DNA of 63,108 nucleotides, the filler included, from Chiloscyllium plagiosum (lineage: Eukaryota): assembly GCF_004010195.1 (NCBI RefSeq). It is 5 parts of one record of this genome, joined end to end, with 100 filler letters (N's around TTAATTAATTAA, not from the genome) between each part and the next. Parts side by side here need not be neighbours in the genome. Positions count along the whole stretch, not along the records: positions 1 to 26,761 come from NC_057717.1; 4 more parts are not named here. The stretch is one strand, 5' to 3'. The notes below the pieces were generated by a model. That model was given only the letters and a program-made list of their open reading frames with translations, was not told the origin of the DNA and searched no databases. The position numbers and the translations under genes were made by a program. Below are positions 13,851-23,739 of the stretch, piece after piece (the stretch's first letter is position 1; each line of letters opens with the position of its first letter).

Positions 13851-14071
13851 GAGAAAGTGAAGACTGCAGATGCTGGAGATCAGAGCTGAAAACGTGTTGC
13901 TGGAAAAGCGCAGCACGTCAGACAGCATCCAAGAGGCAGGAGAATCGGCGTTTCGGGCATGACCCCTTCTCCAGAATTCCTGAAGAAGGGCTCATGCCCG
14001 AATCATTGATTCTCCTGCTCGTTGGATGCTGCCTGACCTGCTGCGCTTTTCCAGCAATACATTTTCAGCTC
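13851..14071. mobile_element. Penelope family A palindromic (fold-back) insertion nested in the gypsy element
   Basis: gagctgaaaa..tgctggaaaagcgcagca..gggcatga is mirrored about ~13976 by gggctcatgccc..ctgcgcttttccagca..ttttcagctc. Confidence 0.85.
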
Positions 14072-14202
14072 GTGTATGTATACATGAACAAGTTAATGTG
14101 AACCTCTATGAACGTTATCAATATGTTAGGGCAATGTGTTTAAAAGATGGAAAAACTGAAAATGAATCCTTATCTTCATTATGAACATTCATTTTTCTCT
14201 TT

Positions 14203-14212
14203 GAAGGGAAGG
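14203..14212 (+). promoter_or_regulatory. Polypurine tract
   Basis: gaagggaagg directly before the 3' LTR tgttatga. Confidence 0.75.
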
Positions 14213-14903
14213 TGTTATGAAGGTGAGGGTGGACGTTTAAGAGAGTTAAAAGCAGCAGCAAAATTGGACACAGTACCAAGTGCTCTCAAAAAGGCAACAA
14301 CGTAACACTGGTTCAAACAACTCGATTAAATCATAGCCTGGAGACCAAACACAATTTCGAATTCAACCAAACAGTTTAAATTATACCCTGAAAAAATATC
14401 AATTTCCAATCAAGTTTGACTTGAGCATATTGACAATCTTAAAAACCAATGACACATTCGGATGCTCTGGGGTGTATGACTGGCAGGAAATTGAACAGTC
14501 GAGAGGAGACCTGCCAAGTGCTCGCACGAAGCAGAGTTGTGTAAAAATGCCTCTCTACATGTATATTTTCGATCAGTAATCTGTGACGCAGAAATTCCTA
14601 ACAAGGTAAAAGCAGACATGAACCTACAGCTTACTGGTTTTGAGAAATGAAGTATTGTTTTGTATGTTGTAATTGGGAGGTTTTGTCGGACTATTATTGT
14701 ATAAGGGAAATTAAAAAATAGGTTAGAGAAACAAAAGTCAATAGTGGTTTGTTAATTATTCTCTGGTCTACTTTACAAAACAAAATTGTCAATTGTAGTT
14801 TAAGCAATTCTTGGCAACTCAATTTCTTTGCAGATCACTGCACGGGATAAATCTGAGTTCCTAGTTGTAAATTAAGCAAGAGGCTATCGCTAATGTCGTA
14901 ACA
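14213..14903 (+). repeat. 3' LTR
   Basis: tgttatgaag..gtcgtaaca followed by TSD ggtc. Confidence 0.9.
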
Positions 14904-15053
14904 GGTCCAAATAAATTTGGCCATACAAGTGTGCATGTAAGCTGTTCGGTGATTACACTGAAGATTTGGTCCATTCATGATCTGGATGAAGTGGTTCCTC
15001 TCACAGTGATCTGGATCCCAAAAAGCAAAGACACAAACAAACGCAGACTCAGC

Positions 15054-15135
15054 CATAGTTGGCAGGATGCGAACCTATGTGGGGAGACCCCAATGGGCTT
15101 CAATTCCATCGCCTTAACCACTGAGAAACAACTAC
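15054..15135 (-). pseudogene. tRNA-Ser(TGA) pseudogene
   Basis: Reverse strand GTAGTTGTTTCTCAGTGGTTAAGGCGATGGAATTGAAGCCCATTGGGGTCTCCCCACATAGGTTCGCATCCTGCCAACTATG, 82 nt, colinear with vertebrate tRNA-Ser; long variable arm intact, D-arm, anticodon arm and T-loop mutated. Confidence 0.85.
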
Positions 15136-16399
15136 AGAACCAGGCACCTTCACTGTCTTTTCAGGCTTTTGTATCCGTGGAGCTTAGCGGCAGTGAATCA
15201 TTGTTGGGTTTCTTTGAATTCAATCAACACAGCTTTCGAATTGACGAAATGTCAGCACATGGTGGGCCTGGGGGTTCCACCCCGATAGATGCCAAGCACA
15301 TTCAGCTAAAAACATAAGTGGAAATTGAGGAAAATACTCCGCAGATCTCGCAGGATCTGTGGAGAGGAAAACAGTGACAAAGTTTCAGAAATTCTTCAGA
15401 ACTTTATCAGAACTCTGTTTTCTCACAATAGTCCTGCCAAATCTGCTGATGTTACCAGAATTTTCTGGTATTCTTATAGATTTCCAACACGCACAGTTCT
15501 TTACGTTAGCCATTAAAACAATGCAGAATCTCCTTTGTAGTTCCAAATAAAATTCTGTTTGGGGAACATTATCCTGACCACATTAAAAGCCCGTAGCTGT
15601 GCAGGAAAGGAAAGCAATGAAGTATGAGCAGTGAGAGAACCGTTCCTGGCTGGACCTAATCAATGAACCATTTGGTAAACAGGCAAACACGTTGAGCAAT
15701 GGCACAATATAAACCGACGTGCCGACTCGTTGCACGATCCGGAACCATGCTGTGAGCCAAATCAAACTACAGCCTGCCCTTTCCAAAATGACTGTTTTCT
15801 TCTATCAGATTTTTTTTAAAATAAAGCCTGGGACATAGACTGTCGTGACATGGCAATAGTCCTCCACTCTCGGCAAACTCATTCATGCCATCGGAAACCA
15901 GCTGTCCTATAACAGGGATCTGTCTCCGTCGAGCCCTTCAGTAACTTGTCTGTTACCGACTTTTCTCGTGTCCCAGAGCCGAGATGAGTTTTTAATTCCT
16001 GACTTGCAGGAACGAAAATCTTTTGAATGTCCAATATCAGCTCATTTCCCGAGAACACCAGAGTCAATGTTCCAGGTTTTTAAAGAAGGGGTAAGTGTCC
16101 AGACTGTCTCTGCTACGTGGGACAGTTTGCCCTTCATTCTCCTCTGATTCCCAAAGCAATTCTAAACATTCCAAAAGTTGGAGACATGCGTTTTCTGTTT
16201 TGTTTCATTAATATTTTTTCAACTGCCAACTGACATTTTCCCAAAACGTCTCCACAATCCTTGCAGTATGCCCAGAAATAAGTTGTTTTTTTTTTCTTTT
16301 GAGATCACTGAGTCTGGAGTTGTTCTCTTTGCAACAAAGAATGATACCAGAGACTTCCAGCGTCTGTTTATTATCATGGGGGAGGGAACGGTGCGGTTG

Positions 16400-17800
16400 G
16401 GATGGGTTGATGTTCAGGAAGAAATGTAGCCACCGATCAGTGTCAGATTCCAAAGGACTGTGATTGAAGATATTTAATGGAAATTGGCATTTGTTCAGAA
16501 TATATGAAGCCTATTCTCAGGGGGAAAGTTTACCCATTTAAGCCACAGTTGAGGAGGATATTCTGTCTTTCAGAGTGGTACAAATCTGTGGAACTCTACA
16601 ACAGAGGGGTCTCAAAGCTAGGTATAATCAATGCTGTGCTCGACAAACATTCAGTCATTTTGGGAATCAAGGGGAACGGACTAAAGGCGGAAAATTGGAG
16701 TTGATGATTAACCAAAGCAGACATGTTCGCATTAAAAAGTGTACCAGACCTTATGGGCAGAATGGATTCCAACTGTTCGAATGTCTTATCTATCCATTGG
16801 AAGCTGTGACAGACCATTTTGAAGAAACAAATAGTAGGACGGTGAGAAAAGATGATTGCCGACAAACTGAGTCAACTTAATTTGTTGAAAGGGAAAATAA
16901 AACTTGACAACTTTGCCAGAGTTAGTTTAGATTAGATTCCCTACAGTGTGGAAACAGGCCCTTCAGCCCAACCAGTCTGCACCGACCCTCGGAAGAATAA
17001 CCCGCCCAGACGCATTTCCCTCTTACTCATACACCTAACACTATGGGCAATTTAGCATGGCCAATTCACCTGACCTGCACATTTTTGGACTGTGGGAAGC
17101 AACCGGAACACCCTAACGAAACCCACACAGACACGGGGTGAATATGCAAACAGAAAACCATCCGAGGCTCTAATCGAACCTTGTACCCTGGTGCTGTGAG
17201 GCAACAGTGGTCATCACTGAAGCAGAGATGATCAAGCGAGCTGGTAGATGAAGTGCATTTGAATTTTTAGTCGGCATTCAATAAGGGACAATCTACAAAT
17301 GCATTGCACAAGGTATGAGGTCACGCGGTTGCGTCACAAATGACCAGGATTGTCCGTTGTTAATTTAACAGAAGACGCAGAATCTGGATTATTCGGTGTT
17401 TCTCAAGTTGGAAAGATATTATTAGTGAAGTGCTGGAATGGTCAGTTATCTGACTCCAATTATTTTTCTCTGTTTTTATGACTTGGAGGAAGTGGCAGCG
17501 TGAAATGTACCCAATTTTGTTGACGTTACACAATTATGGGAGAGCCTGTTGGAACGAGGACAGGGGAATCTGCAAATAAATAGAGATAGGTTAAGTGACT
17601 GGGCCAAATCTTGGCAGATGCAGTTTCATGTCTGGCGTATGAAGTCATGCACTTTGGAAGGAAGAACCAAAAGGCTAACTGGTATTAAAGTCTGGAGAAT
17701 TTTGTTTTAAAGTGCGGAACAGTGGAGTCTCGGTGCTCTTGTGCATGAAACAAACAATTGTTAGTGACAGATTGATTTTCACAGCAAAATGGATGACTTT
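16400..17800 (+). mobile_element. Old CR1 LINE fragments (3' end and RT pieces), split by a SINE
   Basis: ttttgttgacgttacac (FADDT-like), gactgggccaaatcttggcagatgcagttt (WA..WQMQF), gtcatgcactttgga (VMHFG). Confidence 0.6.
16921..17222 (-). mobile_element. HE1-type SINE
   Basis: attag tail, ccctacagtgtggaaacaggccc, gggcaatttagcatggccaattcacctgacctgcac, tRNA-like head near 17170-17222. Confidence 0.88.
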
Positions 17801-17997
17801 GCCTATTGCTCACAATGAAAGCGATGATGTCCCAGAAAAGACGGAAACGATGGAGCATGTAAATTAATTGAAAACCAATATATGCCTCGTGTTGTTCTGT
17901 GGGACATAGCTGATATATTGTACGCAGTTCTCTAAACTTCATTTACAATGGAGTCAGGAGTGAGAGAGGAGAGGTTAAGGTTACCCATAATTACTAG

Positions 17998-18895
17998 CGA
18001 AAGTGAGTCCTGCAGATACTGGAGATTAGACTCAACAGTGTGGTGCTGGAAAAGCACAGCAGGTCACGTAGCATCCGAGGAGCAGGAAAATCGACGTTTC
18101 GGCAAGATCCCTTCATCAGGAATGTGGCTGGGAGCTTTGTGTGGAGAGATAAGAGGTGGTGGGGCTGGGGAAAGTAGCTAAAAATGCAATAGGTGCATGG
18201 AGGTGGAGGTAAACGTCATAGTTTGGAGGGCAGAGTGGTGCAGATAGGTGGGAAGGAAGATGGATAGATGGGACAGGTCATGAGGATGGAACTGAGCTGG
18301 AATGTTGGAATTGGGATAAGGTGGAGTGTGGAGAAATGAGGAAATTGGTGAAATCCACATTGATGTCATGGGGTGGAGGATTCTGAGGCGAAGATTATGT
18401 ATTCTTCCTCCAGGTGTCGGGTGGGAAAGGACTGGTGATGGAGGAGGCCCAGGACCTGCATGTCCTCAGCAGAGTGGGAGGGGGTTTCAACTGTTGGGCC
18501 GTGCAGTTGTGAAGTTGTTTGTTACAGTTGTACCAGAGATATTCTCTGAAGAGTTCTCTAAGGAGGCACACTGTCTCCCAATGTAGGGTTTACTGCATCG
18601 GGAGCAACAGGTACAGTAAATGCCATGTGTTGAATTTCAGGTGACATTTTGATGAATGTGGAATGCTAGTTGGCGCTTTCGACGGAGGTGAGAGTGGGCG
18701 CAGGTTTTGCAATTCCTGCGATGGCAGGGGAAGGTGTTGCGTGGTGAGGGTGGATTATTCGGGAGCGTTGACCTGATGAGGTAGTCCCGGAGGGAATTGT
18801 CTTCATGGAAAGTGGATGGATTGTGGAGGGAAATGTTTCTCTGGTGGTGGGATTGATTTGTAGTTGGCAGAAATGGCGGAAGGTGCTGCGATAAT
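17998..18895 (-). mobile_element. Penelope-like element family A, 3' fragment with GIY-YIG endonuclease remnant
   Basis: Reverse translation of 18624-18577 is GIYCTCCSRCSKPYIG; the family A terminal repeat follows downstream. Confidence 0.88.
18092..18123 (-). ncRNA. Minimal hammerhead ribozyme motif
   Basis: Reverse: attc CTGATGA agggatcttgcc GAAAC GTC g; core boxes and GUC triplet intact, stem II weakened. Confidence 0.65.
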
Positions 18896-20024
18896 ACACA
18901 TGATTATCAACATTCTTTAATTCTTGCACGCAATATTGTTTTTGTTCTTGTCAGTTCACGTTGTGGTTACGGTTGGTGAGCTTCCAACTTCCCCACTAGT
19001 GACTTCATTACACCACTGTTCTTCATCTTTAACCAAATAGATTCGATATCCTTATTTCCTGAGTCAAGCTATTGTCCAACAATTGTAACACTGATACCAC
19101 AATTTCAGCATTTCACACGCCTCTGTCAGCCTTGTTGCAATATTAATTGATCATTTAGTCTATTACTATGGCACATATTAAGAGAAAACCAACCAGCAGC
19201 AACAGATACTAGTGGGGCTTTGTCTTGAACGCAGATTAATGCACCACAGCGGAGAGTATTGCCCACAACCCAATCACAGAAAAACACACTGAACTGCTGG
19301 GAATTTCAAAATGAGTAAAGTGGCGGATGGCATACTAGGAACAGCACCGGAAAAAAACAACAGAAATATTTTTCTTAGCTACCATATTGGATGTATTTCT
19401 CAATCTGCAATCGGGTTTTACATCGGTTGCTTCAAAGGTTTCCCCACAAAAAGAATTAACGATTGCTGCAGATGGTCATATAATCCCAGCGCAAGAATCA
19501 GGGGCACTCAGTGCCTTGAGTATACCTAGAAGAGAGAACTGGCAGTGGTATCTAACAACTAATTACTGGTTATGGATGTGGATCGCTTGTGTGTGCCTCT
19601 TTGTCCTGTATATATTTTCGTGCAAACTTGCATGGAATCTCGTACAACAATTTGTCCTGCACATGATGTGTATTGGGTATTCTGTTCTGGCGAGTTGTCT
19701 GAGTGTGGCTGACGTTTATTGTGCTGGCATCCATCTGAATCTTAGGAGGGGTCCAGCTGTCAGTTCTGTTACCCGTGGAAATTGCAAGAAAACAAAATAA
19801 AGAGTTCTGTATCAGCTATGATAATCTTCAGAAACTCTTTGGGAAGCGGAATCATAGTAGAATGAAGAGTGAAGTGTCCGACTGAGCAGAGTTCGCCGAG
19901 TCTCTTTGCCCTTCTTTATGAGGCTGGGACATTGAATCTGATGTTTGATCCGGGGCATTGAAAGGATTAAGGTTGTAATTGTTCTGTCGTTGCTGCTATC
20001 GCTGTCAGCAAAGAAAATTCCCTC

Positions 20025-20096
20025 ATCCCCGAGTGAGAATCGAACCCACGCCACCAACTTGAAAGCCCTAAACCCTGGCAACTAGGGTAGCAGAGA
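20025..20096 (-). pseudogene. tRNA-Glu(TTC) pseudogene, heavily decayed
   Basis: Reverse TCTCTGCTACCCTAGTTGCCAGGGTTTAGGGCTTTCAAGTTGGTGGCGTGGGTTCGATTCTCACTCGGGGA is colinear with tRNA-Glu (CTAGT, GCTTTCA, GGGTTCGATTC). Confidence 0.65.
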
Positions 20097-22221
20097 TAAC
20101 TAGAGGGCCAAAGTGCACGGGTGGAGTAACAGATCTCAAACTCCTTGTACGGCTCTCGTCAGACAAAACCGCATGACTCTCCTTATCGTATTTTCCAAAG
20201 TTTGATATTGGTATTGCATGCCTGACTATCACATTCAAATCTAAATACCTCTGAAAGTTATGCGGGTTTCTCCCTCTGAGAATCCTAACAGTGAGTTCCA
20301 GATTCCACCACCAGCTTGCTGATGATGGTTTTCTGTATATTTACTGTATGGCATGAACAAAAACGCCCGAGGTTTCTGAACAGGAATTGAATTCGAGCAG
20401 CTGTGCGATAAGTGACGAATCGAAACCACTGGAAACCCCTTCAGATACTGAAGGAAGCTTTGCATCGTTTCTTAATGCAAAACGTTTGTATTTTTCACTG
20501 GTGTTAAATTTCTCATCCAAAATGATTGATTCATTGAGTGTTTACAGCTCGGAAAAAAACTGATCATCCCAATTTTCCGCACTTGACCTCGAGCCAGATG
20601 TGCTCTGACGTTTCAAACGTTCATGTCAATGATAATTTCCCTTTCAGGTTTTCATCTAAAACGGCGCAATTCATGGGATTGAACTGTGATATGAGTAAAT
20701 TGTATTCAGACCCTATTGAGGAATTGAAGCTCACGTTCACGCAGAGATGATAAAACAGACACAATCCCACAAGTGTGGCAAATGTCAGATTAGAGACCAA
20801 CGTCCACAGAAAGTAGGATTTCATCCACTTGGCGTACATTGTCCCATTTCAGACTTCAATACCAAGACTGTTTCCAGCAGAGAAAGAAAACATCTGGTCA
20901 CTTATCTACCCGTGTTCCTACCCCATTGGTTCCCCGTTACTCTTCCATTTATAATGCCTCACCTTGCTGCTCTTCCTGCCAAACTGGAATATTGTTCACG
21001 TCAGCTAATTCCAGTCCTTCCGAATAGTCTTCCTCAAATTCCGAGGAAGACATACAGGAATGGCGTATTTCAAATACGTTTGTGGTTTACAAGGCCAGTG
21101 TTGTAACTACTGTTCTCCAGAGTCAATACAGTACCAATTGGTAGAGAAGGTCTCATTCATTAGAATCTACAAGATGAACGGTTAGCCTGTGTACCATAAA
21201 CCAAGCCAGGGTAATATAACTGAGACAGAGTCAAGGGGATCATGTACAGTTGGATGGTAGAATGCAATGCCAAATCAGGCAGTATCCATGCTGATATAAA
21301 CTGAAATCTTCCCAGGTACTCCGGGCATTAGAGTGCAGTTCTTTCACTGTCATGGCCTGTTAATGGGTCACATTTACAGTGATCAATATAATATACTTTT
21401 GAATCTTTCGAAACAGAATGATGCCGTGGACCAGTCAGAATCGTTTCACTGTATGTTACAGACCCACGTGAACAATGGCAGCGGCTATTGGTAAATGCAC
21501 AACTGATTTAAACCACAAACAGAGGGGACCTTTGGAAAAGGGAAGGGCAATGGTGTTTTGTGAGAGGTAACTGTGGGCCTAGTGGAGCCAGGCACAATGT
21601 GGGTGCTGAAAGCCGGTTTTCCTGTTCACCCTGGTACTCGGATCACTCTGGATCATTCCCTCACAATGACTGGTCTTTGTGAGTAGTGTTTGCACATCTC
21701 ACCTCGTTTCAGTATCCCAAAGGGATCCATGCGTTTTTAACGTGGAGACTGTAGTCAGGTCAGCTGTGCAGCTTCATATTAAGACCATCCGTTTTGTGTT
21801 CAGACCATTCAGCCTATCAGGTCTGTTCTGTCAGTGAGTGAGCTCATATCTGATCTGATAACACTGAACTGCAATTCCTTGCCTTTCTTCAGAACCCTTC
21901 ATATTTCAACAGATTAAACATCTGTCATCCCAGCGTTGAATATACTTAATGGACCAGACCCGACAGCCCATGCTGGAAATAGTACTATCGGAATGTGACA
22001 GTGGCAGAACAATAGTGTGTCTACCTGCCAGACTGGAAAGATCAGACAGCCCCGCAGCAGTGGGGGAGGGAGAGATGACATGGTGATAGAGAACACAACA
22101 GGTAAAGCTAAAAGAAATGGAATGAATGGGACTGGGTTCACAATCACATCATTGTCCAGCCATTCTCACTTAATCTGATCTATTCATCCCTTCTCCCGCA
22201 GCAAACCACTCCTCTCCCCTT

Positions 22222-22311
22222 CTTCAGGGCTAATGCCCGAAACGTCGATTCTCCTGTTCCCTAGATGCTGCCTGACCTGCTGCGCTTTTCCAGCAACACA
22301 TTTCCATCTCA
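22222..22311 (+). mobile_element. Penelope family A terminal fragment
   Basis: gggctaatgcccgaaacgtcgattctcctg..gatgctgcctgacctgctgcgcttttccagcaacac. Confidence 0.8.
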
Positions 22312-23232
22312 AATCCAGCCGGGGACAACTGTCCGTGGGAAGTGTGCACCCTCTTCCCTTGTCTGCCTGTGATTCCTCCCGTCGTCAAAACATGCGCAGG
22401 TTAGGGGGATTGACCGTGCTACATTGTCAAGAATGTCTAGGAATGGCGAGTTTAGGTGCGTTAGCGATTGTAAGTGCAGAGGTAGAGTGATAGGGCAGAG
22501 AGTTGAGTTTGCATGGGATGCTTTTCATCGGATTATTGAGGAATTGTTGGGCTGAATGGCCTGTTCACACATTGTAAGACTTCCGTAAGAACAAGGCACG
22601 GTGCCTCAGTGGTTAGCACAGATTTTTCACAGCGCTATGTATCCGGGTTCTATTCGAACCTCAGGTTACTGTCTGTGTGGGTTTCCTCGGATGCTCCGGT
22701 TTCCTCCCAGAGTTCAAAGATATGCAAAAGCTTGGGTAAATTGGTTATACTAAACTGCCCACAGTGTTCAGGAATATGAAGGCTAGGTGCATTTGTCAGG
22801 GGAATTCTAAAGTAAATGGTGTAGGGGGTTGTAACTGCGTGTTTTACTCTTCAGATTGTCACTGTGGATGTGTTGATCGATAAGGCCTGCTAACATACTG
22901 TAGGAATTCTAATTTGTGAGCACCGTTCCTTAGTGGTTCACACTTCTCCCTTACAGCACCAGGGACCTGGGTTCGATTCCTGCCTCGAGCGTTTCTCTGT
23001 CTGGAATTCGTACATTCTCCCCACATCTGCGTGGCTTTCCTCCCAGAGTCCAATGATATGCAGGTTAGTTGAATTGGCCATGTTAATTTCCCGATAGTCT
23101 TCAGGGATGTGTAGGTTAGGTGCAATAATCAGGGGAAAATGTAGGGGATTAGGTCTGGTTGAGATACTCTTCAGAGGATTTGTGTGGACCTGTTCAGGTG
23201 AAGGGCCTTTTTCCACACTTTCGGGATTCTAT
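22312..23232 (+). mobile_element. Three head-to-tail HE1-type SINEs (~22312-22590, 22595-22912, 22918-23232)
   Basis: Heads ggcacggtgcctcagtggttagcac and gcaccgttccttagtggtt..ggttcgattcc; each ends with a ggcct..cacact/catact..tail. Confidence 0.8.
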
Positions 23233-23739
23233 TTAAAAAGTGATCTCAGAGATGAATGGCTTATCATTTAAGAAAAGAAAAGTCACACATTTGATATTAA
23301 AAAAAGTGGTTTCAATTGAATCTGTTGAACAGTATAAAGAGCGTAAGGATATTCTTCAATGGGAAACAGCAAGGCAAGCAGAGGATGTAAGATAGCTTTC
23401 GGAAATAAGGATAATCCAAAGAGATTCCACAAGTGCATGAAAAGTAAGAGAACAAGTAGTACACTTCAGGGATTTTTCTTTCCAAATCGCAAGTTAGAAT
23501 TCTTACAGTTTGTTATCAGGCACTTTGCCCCAACAAATTCATACTGACAATCGAAAGATTAACCCACACAGATACATTCCCAACACCGATTGGTCCAGAC
23601 TTCACCTGAAAAGGCAACTAGCCTGATATCTCAGAACACTGTGGGTAATTTAGCATGGCCAATTTACATAATCTGTACATCTTTGAATACTGCAATGAAG
23701 CCAGAGCAGCCGGAGGTCGTGCATAAAAATGAATTCATA

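Larger units (their letters stand above)
8845..14903 (+). mobile_element. Gmr1-like Ty3/gypsy LTR retrotransposon, full span, decayed
   Basis: TG..CA LTRs at 8845-9555 and 14213-14903; 4 bp TSD GGTC at 8841-8844 and 14904-14907; PBS, PPT and gag/INT/RT/RNase H remnants inside. Confidence 0.92.

Noticed and set aside
19387..19800. 137 aa ORF with hydrophobic stretches
   Set aside because: Non-ATG start, no recognisable domain or splice support; this length is expected by chance
20362..20440. Possible third tRNA remnant (Val/Lys-like, minus strand)
   Set aside because: Only scattered matches; no consistent cloverleaf or B-box
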